From the IMG/VR virus record IMGVR_UViG_3300028898_000252, positions 29,946 to 93,945 of that record: a stretch of 64,000 nucleotides of DNA; one strand, written 5' to 3'. This DNA is from a virus (lineage: Duplodnaviria > Heunggongvirae > Uroviricota > Caudoviricetes). The translations under genes were made by a program, and so were the position numbers. The notes under the pieces were generated by a model. The model was not told the origin of the DNA. It saw only the letters and a list, made by a program, of their open reading frames with translations, and did no database searches. How positions within the stretch are numbered: the stretch's first letter is position 1; each line of letters begins with the position of its first letter. Of this stretch, positions 18,979 to 28,338 are shown one piece after another.

Positions 18979-19187
18979 TTTATTTCTTTCCTTTTATTTC
19001 ACTTGTTTTGCTTTATACAAATTTTGATGCAACAACCAAGAGTATCAACAATATCAACGCGCAAAAAATTGACAACAAATATTCTTTATTCAAGGATATA
19101 AACTCCTTTATCTTAAACAAGAGGCTTTTTAGCTTTTGCATGGTGCGGAAGTTTAGCCGCGGTGCGTAGAGTTGTCAAGCACCAAGT

Positions 19188-21551
19188 TTAGTTAATAAAC
19201 TGTGGTACTTTTTCAGATTTTAAATCTATCACTTCTTCATATGCAGAAGATAATTCTTTTTTGGAATTGTCCACACCTTCTAGTTGAATTCTAACACGGT
19301 CTTCAAGATTTGATAATTTTGAAAGCAAGTCAATGTTTTTAACAACATCTTGAACTAGATCAATAACCTCAAGAGTTAGGTCTGTTTCAGATTGAATTCT
19401 AAACTCAGATGCAATTTCACTTAGTAGGTTTTGATACTTCTCGTCAAATTTAGTTTTAAGGAGGTCTATAACAACACCAGAAGCAAACTTAACAATGATT
19501 TTTCCTTTTGAAGAAGCTATGAATTCTTTTAGTTTTTCAATATTTTTAGAGTTGCTCGTTTTTAATGCGTCGAAAAGGAGTTGCTGAGAAACTTGTGATA
19601 TTTTTTCTGTCGCCATTCTTTTTGCAACTTCTTTGGCGTCATTTTTTGCAACCGTTAAAACTTTTGCGGCAACAGCGGTTGTTCCAGAAGAAGGTGTTTT
19701 GAACTTTTCCAGAACTTTGCTGAAATAGTCATTGGCATGTTCTACATGTGAACCATATTCATAGCAATAAGAATCTACAGATTGACCAAGCCCGCCATCA
19801 ACAGCATATAAACGAGAGCGTGTTGTAAAATCGTAGTAGTATGGTCCCTTTTTACAAGATGCCATATCATTTTCAAACTTTGAAACACTCTGTAATTTTT
19901 TACCGATATAAATAAGATTTAAAACAGTTTTTCCGTTTTCTATAAATGTAACTGTCTGAACATTGTTCAAATCTGTATGAGCAATTCCTGTTCCGCCACT
20001 TTCTAATACCTCCATAGCATGAGGAAATGTTTTTAAACCTTTAATCTTTTCGAGAACTTTTTCGTAAGAGAATTCATCTTCATATTCTTCTAAAATAATT
20101 TCTCTCTCTTTTTTAACAAAAGTTTCCCAAGCTTCTTTTGAAGAAAAGAAAATGCCATCAACAGCATATATATTCCCGTTTATCGAATGTTCAATTGCGG
20201 GTCCTAATCTTGAAGATGGAAGTCCTTCCTTGTTATATTTTGAAATGGCATGGAGCACTTTTTCTTTTGAAAATTCTTTTGTTTTAAAATTATACTTCCT
20301 TGGCTCAAAGGTATATGTTTCATTTTTAACATCCAGGTGAAGAACTTCACCTTGTCCGCCAAGTGTGGAAACTTTTTCAATTACTTCTTTAGTGTCTTTA
20401 TAGTTAGTTTTTATAAACTCTTCCGTTATTACCTTACGATATTTTTCAAAACTCTTGTAGTTTTCAAATTCATTTTTTGTAAGCCTCACTCCATTATAAG
20501 CATAATTTAAAGGATTAATTGAATTAATTGCGGGACCATCTTCTCGATGAAGTTCACCATTTTTGAAATGGCATTCAACTCCTTGAATATTACAGATTCC
20601 CGTAAACCCATCGGGGATTTCTTCAAAAGAATTGTAATATTCAAGATTGGAAACTTTTACTTTAACCTCTACTGGTTGAGATTTTTTTGTGTCCAAGGGT
20701 TTTTTTTCTTTAAAGTCTTTTAGCCTTTTTCTTGCAGCAAGAACTTTTTCTTCGGTTTTTTTATATTTTGGTAGAGCTTTCTTAAGCGCAGCCAAAGATT
20801 CATATTCTTGGTTTTCTAAAAAAAACTTTTGAGTTCCATCCGTAAATTCTACAGCTGGTCCATCTTCTCGGTGATAAGAACCATTATTTTTATAATAAGC
20901 ATATTTTAAATAACTATTTGTTTCTGGCAGATAAGTAACCTTGCCGCAAAAATCAGACTCAGCTCTTTTATCAATAATTTTGTCGTAGTTTTTTTCGGTT
21001 GCTGTTAACTCAACAAAAGGTTTTCGCTCTTTCGAAAAAAAGATTTTATCATAAAAGTGTTCAATTTCGTGAATATATGTTTCCTCCACATTTAAATTAT
21101 AACTTGCATCAAAACATGATTTTACTTTGTCATTTTTATCAAATGATATTTCGGATACGTTGATGTTAAAGTCTAGACAGTTTTCTTTATTTTCAACAAG
21201 ATCATCCCAGTTCTCGTAATCCAAAAATTCGACAACAGCTTTTTTGTTTTTCAATGCCTTACCTTGTTCGATAAGACTCAAAATATTTTTTTTGAATTTT
21301 TTATTAAATGAAACTGGCGAATTTTCAGTGTTGCCTAATTTGAAATAAACATACGAAACTTGATCCTTTTCTGGAACCTTTATCTTTTTCCAGCCTGTTG
21401 CTTTAACAAGTAATTCAGGATTCTCAAACATGTCAATTGCTTCCCCTTCATTTGAAGGGTCGATGTTTGCCGCGTCCAGGAACGCAGCTTTTATGGAATC
21501 AATTTTATTTTTTCCAGCTTCACTTGGCATTTTTCTGTTCTCACTTTTCAA
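19188..21551 (-). CDS. large protein of unknown function with embedded MORN-like repeats
   Basis: 787 aa. Contains YYKNNGSYHREDGPAVEF and FKNGELHREDGPAINS, which resemble the paralog-family repeat. Confidence 0.6.
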   Translation of the reverse strand: MKSENRKMPSEAGKNKIDSIKAAFLDAANIDPSNEGEAIDMFENPELLVKATGWKKIKVPEKDQVSYVYFKLGNTENSPVSFNKKFKKNILSLIEQGKALKNKKAVVEFLDYENWDDLVENKENCLDFNINVSEISFDKNDKVKSCFDASYNLNVEETYIHEIEHFYDKIFFSKERKPFVELTATEKNYDKIIDKRAESDFCGKVTYLPETNSYLKYAYYKNNGSYHREDGPAVEFTDGTQKFFLENQEYESLAALKKALPKYKKTEEKVLAARKRLKDFKEKKPLDTKKSQPVEVKVKVSNLEYYNSFEEIPDGFTGICNIQGVECHFKNGELHREDGPAINSINPLNYAYNGVRLTKNEFENYKSFEKYRKVITEEFIKTNYKDTKEVIEKVSTLGGQGEVLHLDVKNETYTFEPRKYNFKTKEFSKEKVLHAISKYNKEGLPSSRLGPAIEHSINGNIYAVDGIFFSSKEAWETFVKKEREIILEEYEDEFSYEKVLEKIKGLKTFPHAMEVLESGGTGIAHTDLNNVQTVTFIENGKTVLNLIYIGKKLQSVSKFENDMASCKKGPYYYDFTTRSRLYAVDGGLGQSVDSYCYEYGSHVEHANDYFSKVLEKFKTPSSGTTAVAAKVLTVAKNDAKEVAKRMATEKISQVSQQLLFDALKTSNSKNIEKLKEFIASSKGKIIVKFASGVVIDLLKTKFDEKYQNLLSEIASEFRIQSETDLTLEVIDLVQDVVKNIDLLSKLSNLEDRVRIQLEGVDNSKKELSSAYEEVIDLKSEKVPQFIN

Positions 21552-21565
21552 CTGTTGCTGTCGAC

Positions 21566-21940
21566 TTAATTTAGATCTGTTGACTTAAATTGTTTTTGGT
21601 CCATAACAGACATACTGTACAACATATAACCTTCGTATTCTTCAAGAAGGTTGTCATAGATTTGTTTTAAAGAATTTTCACACATCATGACAAGTAATTT
21701 ATCTCGAATAAATAAAACCCATTGAGTGTCTACATCCATAAACAACTCTACTGAGTTTGCATACTCCCCATATATTTCTTTGACCAAAAATAAACAAAGT
21801 TCTTTTATTTCCTTGTCTGATTGAAATTCAATTGGAAGTTCTGCCTTTTTGATTATTGTATCTTCCATTTTGATTTTCCTAGTCCTGATTTTTTGCGTCT
21901 TCAAATGCCTAATGTATATGCACGCAACATGGGAAGTCAA
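21566..21940 (-). CDS. hypothetical protein
   Basis: 124-aa ORF. Confidence 0.5.
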   Translation of the reverse strand: MTSHVACIYIRHLKTQKIRTRKIKMEDTIIKKAELPIEFQSDKEIKELCLFLVKEIYGEYANSVELFMDVDTQWVLFIRDKLLVMMCENSLKQIYDNLLEEYEGYMLYSMSVMDQKQFKSTDLN

Positions 21941-21964
21941 GGTGCATAATAAAACTATTATGTC

Positions 21965-22840
21965 TTAAATTTCGATGATTGAAATACTTTTTTCTGGGCA
22001 ACCATACTCAGATGGGCCAGTATAACAACAAAGATTTTCAAGCGGCTGATATTCGGCCTTGTCGTGAGAATGACCACAAAACAGTTGAAACTTTATTTCT
22101 TTGTTTTTTGCCGCCGTTTCCAAAAGCATGTCTCCAAAAAACTTTGAACTAAAACATGGCAACCATTCCTCGTTTGATATAACTCCTTTATGAGTTGAAA
22201 GTTCTCTAAATGGAGGAACGTGAGTTAGCACAATTATTTTTTCTGGAGAGTACGCCGCGACTCCAAAATCAATATCATCTTTTACTTGTCTTGCCGCAAC
22301 TTTAGACAATCTCTTGCATTCTTCTCGCAAAGCAGGAATAGATTTCATTCTAAGTGAATTCAATTCTTCAATAATGTAATAATCGTTCATGTTAACCGTA
22401 GAAGATAAAAATGGAGAATATTCTCCATCATACCAACCATCAGATCCAACAAACAAAGTTTTTGTTGAAGAATCGTAATAAGATTTATTTGTCAGATAGT
22501 GCAAAGTGTTTTTAAATTTCTTTTGTGAAGTTAAAGTTTTAATCTCGTTGTTCACTTTAGAGAAAGATGAATGATAATAATCGTGGTTGCCCAAAATGAA
22601 AAATAATTTCTTTTGATGTTTTTGAAACACATTTCCCATATACTCAATATGAGATTGGATAAATCTTCCAGATGAAATATCTCCAGTTAACAAAACATGT
22701 TTGGCTTCTGTAACAAGAATTTTCTTAAGGAAACTATCAACTTTTGCAAAATGATCCTTTATCATTGCTTCTTCGGTATCGAAAAAAGCAGGAGAGAAAA
22801 GAAAATCTAGGTGAGTATCTGTTATGTGGAGATATTTCAT
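21965..22840 (-). CDS. calcineurin-like metallophosphoesterase
   Basis: All five motifs are present: ITDTHLD (DxH), LLTGDIS (GD), ILGNHDY (GNHD), LTHVPP (H), FCGHSHD (GHxH). Confidence 0.8.
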   Translation of the reverse strand: MKYLHITDTHLDFLFSPAFFDTEEAMIKDHFAKVDSFLKKILVTEAKHVLLTGDISSGRFIQSHIEYMGNVFQKHQKKLFFILGNHDYYHSSFSKVNNEIKTLTSQKKFKNTLHYLTNKSYYDSSTKTLFVGSDGWYDGEYSPFLSSTVNMNDYYIIEELNSLRMKSIPALREECKRLSKVAARQVKDDIDFGVAAYSPEKIIVLTHVPPFRELSTHKGVISNEEWLPCFSSKFFGDMLLETAAKNKEIKFQLFCGHSHDKAEYQPLENLCCYTGPSEYGCPEKSISIIEI

Positions 22841-22854
22841 CTGAGGTCCTGTTT

Positions 22855-23304
22855 CTAGTTTTCTTTTATTTCTTCTTTATTGTTTAACAAAAGTTTCCAG
22901 TCTGCTGATCTTTCTACTGTTTTAATTTGGTTAATGATTTCTTTCGAAGATTTTTCTGCTGTTATCCAAACGGGTAGCTCTTGCTTTTTCGGTTCTCTTT
23001 TAACCGAAAGGAAAACTTCTTTGTTTGTTTCGATTTGAGCTATTGAGAAAATTTTATTAACTCCTTCACTTGGAGAAGTTGGGCCAATTCCTTTTACTGT
23101 TGACTGCATGTCTTTAACAAAATAATTTTTTCCATCTGAACCTTCGAATATAATATCTGTGCCGCCGAATCTGCCGCGGCCAACTAAAGATATCTTTTTG
23201 GTTAACTTGATTTCTTTTGGCTCTCCAGCGAATTTAACAGAAAAACTAGATTTAGACTTTAGTAACTTTAAAACTTCTTTTGCTGTTCTTATCGTTATAC
23301 TCAT
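22855..23304 (-). CDS. hypothetical protein
   Basis: 149-aa ORF. It ends in TAG; readthrough would add only 5 codons before a TGA. Confidence 0.5.
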   Translation of the reverse strand: MSITIRTAKEVLKLLKSKSSFSVKFAGEPKEIKLTKKISLVGRGRFGGTDIIFEGSDGKNYFVKDMQSTVKGIGPTSPSEGVNKIFSIAQIETNKEVFLSVKREPKKQELPVWITAEKSSKEIINQIKTVERSADWKLLLNNKEEIKEN

Positions 23305-23331
23305 GTTTTCTTTCTATTCCACCTTTTCTTT

Positions 23332-23787
23332 TTAGTTTGACTTTTCATTAAGTCTTGAATTTATTTCCTTCAAGGCTTGTCTCATTGTTCCGTGTTTAGC
23401 AATAAACAAATTAAGTACCACTTCTGGTGTTAGATTTGTTATTTCTGTTTCTCCAAAAAGATAATCAACAACTATTTTTGGAGAAGATAGTGTGTGTTCA
23501 GAACACAGTTTCAGAAAATCATATTTCCCATCTTTTTGTCTTTCGACAATTAAAATAAAACCATTTGACCTCATATCGATTCTTGTAAATTTTCCTGCAT
23601 TTAATTTTTTATCTATTGTGTTATTGAATTTAATATGCTCTTTTGTTTTTTTTGCGGTTTCTTTTTCCGTTCCAGTGGATGTTAAGTCAAGCATAAAACT
23701 AGTTTTTGTATCTTGCATGTATATTTTCCTTGTTGATGTTGCTAGAGGCAGTTTGACTTTCGAGCGTTTCGACGTGTTTGATTGCAA
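23332..23787 (-). CDS. hypothetical protein
   Basis: 151-aa ORF. Confidence 0.5.
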   Translation of the reverse strand: MQSNTSKRSKVKLPLATSTRKIYMQDTKTSFMLDLTSTGTEKETAKKTKEHIKFNNTIDKKLNAGKFTRIDMRSNGFILIVERQKDGKYDFLKLCSEHTLSSPKIVVDYLFGETEITNLTPEVVLNLFIAKHGTMRQALKEINSRLNEKSN

Positions 23788-23938
23788 TATAAGCTAAAAT
23801 AGAAAATCCAGCGATTCCAAATAAAATCAAACTCCATATTCCAATCACGAAATATCTTAGCCAAATTTTGAATCTTTCGATTATGTTGTCTGTTAAACCT
23901 TCTGTTTCCATTGCTTCATCCTTTTTTAGTGAAGGCAA
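23699..23938 (-). CDS. small membrane protein
   Basis: 79 aa with two predicted TM helices (IGIWSLILFGIAGFSILAYIAI). Confidence 0.4.
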   Translation of the reverse strand: MPSLKKDEAMETEGLTDNIIERFKIWLRYFVIGIWSLILFGIAGFSILAYIAIKHVETLESQTASSNINKENIHARYKN

Positions 23939-24123
23939 TAAAACTTCAAGTAGAGAAACATAACGTAAATTGTTGTTATGCTCATTGCTAAACCAATAAT
24001 CACACCAATAAAATGAAACAAATAGTGGATACCGATTTGTTTCAACGCTGTGATTATTGCAGTTTTTATCAAAGGTTGCGCCTCTCTGGTCCTAAGTCTA
24101 GGGGCTCGGAAAAGCGGTGTCAA
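23926..24123 (-). CDS. small membrane protein
   Basis: 65 aa, hydrophobic (HYLFHFIGVIIGLAMSITTIYVMFLYL). Confidence 0.4.
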   Translation of the reverse strand: MTPLFRAPRLRTREAQPLIKTAIITALKQIGIHYLFHFIGVIIGLAMSITTIYVMFLYLKFYCLH

Positions 24124-24400
24124 TCCGCGATGTTAGCTCAGTGCATTCGAAAGGAATAATCGCCCCCTTGACACCTAGAGCATCTTATTTACGCTAAACC
24201 TCCCTCGCAACAGCCGTTTTATCCCCTCTCGCGCGCGCGGGCAATTGAAGGCACAAAACGCGACAGTGCGGTTGACAACTAGGTTTTGAGTGGTTCAGCT
24301 AGACCCGTGCAACAAATAATCTCCGCAACTTATTTCTTAAGTGTTTTAACAGTTGTGTTGCTGTTGCATTTGGCAGTAACAATAAAAACAAGAAACAAGA
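24124..24400. promoter_or_regulatory. GC-rich divergent intergenic region with TGTCAA/TTGACA inverted repeat and a CGCGCGCGAGAGGG-type motif
   Basis: GGTGTCAA..(45 nt)..TTGACACC is an 8-bp inverted repeat. ccctctcgcgcgcgcggg is the reverse complement of the CGCGCGAGGG motif family. Second TTGACA at 24274. Confidence 0.45.
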
Positions 24401-24406
24401 TCAAAG

Positions 24407-24646
24407 ATGATAAACATCCTAATACTCATAATTGCTAATCTGTTTTTCATATTAACAATTGGTTCAATGTTGGTAGAAATAAACAATTTAAGTAAAAAGA
24501 AAGAGTTATTAAGAAAAGAAAAAAACCTAGAAGAAGAACAAAATATTGAAGGATTAAGAAACTCAATGATTGTTTATGTTGTTATGGGAACTATAACTTA
24601 TGCTTCGTTTATTAAACTTATCGTAGAAATGTATACAAATAAATAA
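24407..24646 (+). CDS. small membrane protein
   Basis: 79 aa. N-terminal TM helix ILILIIANLFFILTIGSMLV, then a charged coiled region. Confidence 0.45.
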   Translation: MINILILIIANLFFILTIGSMLVEINNLSKKKELLRKEKNLEEEQNIEGLRNSMIVYVVMGTITYASFIKLIVEMYTNK

Positions 24647-24666
24647 GAACGGAAACACAAACAAGA

Positions 24667-25239
24667 ATGAAAAAATACTTTTGCTTTGATACAGAAACAG
24701 GTGGTCTTTCAGAAAGAACAAGTTTGTTAACCCTATACGGGATTATAACAGATGAAAATCTAGAACCCGTAGATTCTATTAGTTTAAAACTAAAACCTTC
24801 AGACGGGGTATTTCTTGTAGAAGGACAGGCATTAGAAATAAACAAAATTAATTTAGATAAACACTCCAGGGTTGCTGACACTTATGAAGTTGGGGCAAAA
24901 AAACTAAAAGATTTTTTGTCAAGACATGTAGAAAACCATACGAGAAAACTTGATATTATTGGCCAGAACGTTATAGAGTTTGATATTCCAAGAGTTAAAA
25001 ACTTTCTCTTGTCTGACGAAGAATTCTCTTTTTATTTTTCGAGAGAAACCAAAGACACAAAGGTGCAAGGAATATTTCTAAAAACACTTGGAATAATTCC
25101 TGGAGATGTTAACTCGTCATTGATAACCCAGCTTAAATTCTTTTTTCCAGATTTAAACCTTGATGGGCACCACGATGCAAAATGGGACACCGAGCACACA
25201 TTAAAACTCTATAAGAAACACGTTTCTATTCTAGAATAG
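24667..25239 (+). CDS. DEDDh 3'-5' exonuclease (DnaQ-like); possible TAG readthrough extension to 25572
   Basis: Exo I CFDTETGGL. Exo II IIGQNVIEFD. Exo III HHDAKWD. The stop is TAG at 25237-25239. The downstream ORF 25273..25572 lies in the same frame with only 11 sense codons between. Confidence 0.75.
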   Translation: MKKYFCFDTETGGLSERTSLLTLYGIITDENLEPVDSISLKLKPSDGVFLVEGQALEINKINLDKHSRVADTYEVGAKKLKDFLSRHVENHTRKLDIIGQNVIEFDIPRVKNFLLSDEEFSFYFSRETKDTKVQGIFLKTLGIIPGDVNSSLITQLKFFFPDLNLDGHHDAKWDTEHTLKLYKKHVSILE

Positions 25240-25547
25240 AGAACAGGTGGTTATTGCCTCTTTACGGAGAAATTGGCGAGCTGTAAGGTGCGGAGTATGT
25301 CAAGCCTAGAACTCCACGATCTAGAATTTGTTTTGGTTCCGCAATCAAACTCCAAAACCAATAATGGCATTGAACAATTTAATGTACTTTTGGAAAATAA
25401 ATTAATTTGTTCGACAATTGAATTGGATGGTAAATGGATCTTGGTTGATACCTTAACGGGGAGAAGTGAAAAGTTTGACTTGCAAGAAAGTCTAGAGAAT
25501 CGAATTCTCGAACTCGCAAACTCCTCAAAGAAAGGAAATCAAAAAAA

Positions 25548-25898
25548 ATGCTTGACACATCTTCTCTCATAAAGGTTGATCCAAGGGGACTAAACACAGA
25601 AAGTTATGATTTAGACTTAATCACAAGTAAAACGTTTTCAAGTGTCCTTTCTGGTCATGCCGCCTCGCTCAAACTTCAAATTGATATTGACCATAAACAA
25701 AATCATGTTGCTTTTGTGGTTGAAGGAAAACCAATTTTGGGTGAACATATGTTAGGTAAAGAAGTTGTTGCCGCGACTTTTATTCCAACAGCAAATGCTT
25801 TGGAGCATTGGAAACTAATCGTTGAAAGACTTATCCACGCTTGGGATTTGATAGCGGCTCCAATTCAAACAAAAGAAGTTCTCAAAGAGAAACTCTGA
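25548..25898 (+). CDS. hypothetical protein
   Basis: 116-aa ORF. Confidence 0.45.
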   Translation: MLDTSSLIKVDPRGLNTESYDLDLITSKTFSSVLSGHAASLKLQIDIDHKQNHVAFVVEGKPILGEHMLGKEVVAATFIPTANALEHWKLIVERLIHAWDLIAAPIQTKEVLKEKL

Positions 25899-25916
25899 AA
25901 AAGAAAGAACAAACAC

Positions 25917-26294
25917 ATGGAAACAAAGCTGTCAAAAACTCTGATCGCTTTTCTGAATAAATTCCAGAAAGAAATCGAAAAAGGTCTCCATGTGTACGGA
26001 TACAAAGCAATACACTTATCAACAAAAGACCTGAAGAATTTCCACGATATTCTTGAAGAGATTAAAAACTTTTTTTCGGAGAAAGAAATAAGGTGTGAGT
26101 TTACACCTTCTGATAATTTCATTTCATTTTGCTGGGTAGTGCCTGCGAATATTGCTCGTAAAGATGCCTTTGAAAACACACAAGGAACTAATGTTACCGA
26201 AAAACTTTCATATTTTAAAAAATATGAGACGCACGAACGACCAAACAAACAAATTCCTCGGGATGTGTGCCTTGTGCGTTTTGGAATAGGATGA
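25917..26294 (+). CDS. hypothetical protein
   Basis: 125-aa ORF. Confidence 0.5.
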   Translation: METKLSKTLIAFLNKFQKEIEKGLHVYGYKAIHLSTKDLKNFHDILEEIKNFFSEKEIRCEFTPSDNFISFCWVVPANIARKDAFENTQGTNVTEKLSYFKKYETHERPNKQIPRDVCLVRFGIG

Positions 26295-26303
26295 ACTAAA
26301 AAA

Positions 26304-26726
26304 ATGGCGAAAGTAGAAATCGTAAAACAAGACTTATTTGATGCTTCAAACCTTGTAATAGGTCACGGAGCAAACACAAAAGGTGTTATGGGTGCAGGTA
26401 TAGCTAGAGTTTTTAGAAAGCTATACAAAAACAATTACATTGCTTATCTTGAATCTTGTGTCGCAGGGACATTTTGTCCAGGTGGAATTCTTATTGTAAA
26501 AGAAAAAGAAAGACTGATTGTAAACATTGCATCACAGGATTTCCCTGGTCCTTGTGCAAAACTTGAATGGATTGAACAAGGATTAGCTAAGTGCGCGGCA
26601 AATGAAATTAAATCAATTGCTCTTCCCTGGATTGGGTGTGGAATTGGTGGACTTAAAAGGGAAGACGTTCAAAAAGTTTTAGAAGATTCTCCTCTCGATT
26701 ATATTAAAGTTTGCGAAGTTGACTAA
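26304..26726 (+). CDS. macrodomain protein, DarG/TARG1-like (ADP-ribose hydrolase family)
   Basis: GHGANTKGVMGAGIARVF matches the NTxGVMGKGIA motif. IALPWIGCGIGGL matches the IAxPxIGCGLGG motif of the TARG1/DarG macrodomain clade. 140 aa. Confidence 0.75.
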   Translation: MAKVEIVKQDLFDASNLVIGHGANTKGVMGAGIARVFRKLYKNNYIAYLESCVAGTFCPGGILIVKEKERLIVNIASQDFPGPCAKLEWIEQGLAKCAANEIKSIALPWIGCGIGGLKREDVQKVLEDSPLDYIKVCEVD

Positions 26727-26757
26727 CTGACCAACTCTCTAAAAAGGAAGAAATGAA

Positions 26758-27672
26758 ATGAACCTAAAATCTCAAAAAGAGCTACACGTTGAATTTCTTC
26801 CTTTTCAAAAACTTATAGACTATATTAAAATCGGCGATGCTCTTGGAATGGGATTTGAGTATACTTCAGATAAATTTATAAAAGAAAATCTTTGGAAAGA
26901 AAATACTTTGCCAAAATTTATTCAACATCCATATTGGGCAACCCTTACCCCAGGAATGTATACAGACGATTCTCAAATGAGTATTGCACTTATTAAGTTA
27001 ATGTTAGAAGAAGAAACAACTGAATGGTTTGATGATCGAGTTGTCGGAAGATACTTTCTTTCTGAATTTAAATCAAGCCCTAGACAGGGATATTCGACTG
27101 GTTTGTATAAAGTTTTGTCTACTTCAAAAACAACAAATGAATTTTTGGAACAGATTGCCGCGTTTGGAAAGTCTTCAAAAAATGGCGGCTGTATGAGAGC
27201 TGTCCCAATTGGTTTATTACCTGATTTGGAAATGGTAAAAAAATTTGTAAGATTCCAAGCGGAAACAACCCATTCAGGAACAGGCGTCGATGCAGCAGAA
27301 ATGATTGCTGTTGCGGCATTTGGATTGAAATATAAACTAACAGAAAAAGATAACAAAGTTGATGTTTATGGTTGGGTGAAAAATAACACTTCTTATTTTC
27401 CAGAAATTATCAAAGAACTTAAAAGAGTTGAAGGCTCAAATAATCTCGGTTTATTAACTTCAATTTCAGTGCTAAAATTATTTAGTGAATTTGATTTGAG
27501 GTTAGGATTACATGAACTGATAAGAAGGTGTATTCTTTTAGGTGGAGACACAGATACGGTTGCCGCGATTGCGGCGGGGTTATATGGATGTTGGATACTT
27601 TCAAAAAGTAAAAAACAAAGAAGGGTTTCTTATATAAAAGAAATTAAACCATTGATAAGGTTTGTAAAATGA
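26758..27672 (+). CDS. ADP-ribosylglycohydrolase (ARH/DraG family)
   Basis: GDALGMGFE. YTDDSQMSIAL. GGCMR. GGDTDTVAAIAAGLYG, the classic ARH metal-binding motifs. Confidence 0.85.
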   Translation: MNLKSQKELHVEFLPFQKLIDYIKIGDALGMGFEYTSDKFIKENLWKENTLPKFIQHPYWATLTPGMYTDDSQMSIALIKLMLEEETTEWFDDRVVGRYFLSEFKSSPRQGYSTGLYKVLSTSKTTNEFLEQIAAFGKSSKNGGCMRAVPIGLLPDLEMVKKFVRFQAETTHSGTGVDAAEMIAVAAFGLKYKLTEKDNKVDVYGWVKNNTSYFPEIIKELKRVEGSNNLGLLTSISVLKLFSEFDLRLGLHELIRRCILLGGDTDTVAAIAAGLYGCWILSKSKKQRRVSYIKEIKPLIRFVK

Positions 27673-27756
27673 TTACAACTATCGACATACTTTTATGCGG
27701 AATGTTTTCGACACTTGGTTCGCTGTTAATTTTGACACATAAAACACTCAAATAAC

Positions 27757-28338
27757 ATGACTACAACTACACACCAAACAAACGAAGAAAACCTATTGCA
27801 AGAATTTGCCGAATTTAGAAAAGAAGAAGCAATTGAGCTGTTGAAAAATTTATTTAAAGCTTATTTTGCCGCAAATAAAAACTATACTTTTGTTGTTGTT
27901 GAGCATAATAGCCCAAAAGATAAAATAAAATTAAAATTCTTTTCTGTTGATCTGGAATCGGAAATGGAAAAAAATTACTATTATATTTCAGATAAAATTG
28001 GGGATAGGCATTTCGCTGCCGATACCTCGGATGAGGTAATTCAACTTCTTCATCCATTCAAACCTGAATCAGTTGAGATTTCTATTCCGCATTATTTGCT
28101 CGCGGAGCCAACAAAGTTTAAATCTAGAACTTGGATAAATTTCCTAAGATATGGGAGGACTTTTTTCCAAAAAGGAAAAGTTATATCTCCGTATAGAAGA
28201 CTTTCTCATAAAGGTGATGGATTAGATATTTTTGTAGATCATAACAGCCTGCTAACTGCTTTTACAGATAATGGATCAATTTTTGATAATAAAGGAAAAT
28301 ACTATAGAGGAATAGATTATGTCAAACTCTCTACCTGA
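27757..28338 (+). CDS. hypothetical protein
   Basis: 193-aa ORF. Confidence 0.5.
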   Translation: MTTTTHQTNEENLLQEFAEFRKEEAIELLKNLFKAYFAANKNYTFVVVEHNSPKDKIKLKFFSVDLESEMEKNYYYISDKIGDRHFAADTSDEVIQLLHPFKPESVEISIPHYLLAEPTKFKSRTWINFLRYGRTFFQKGKVISPYRRLSHKGDGLDIFVDHNSLLTAFTDNGSIFDNKGKYYRGIDYVKLST

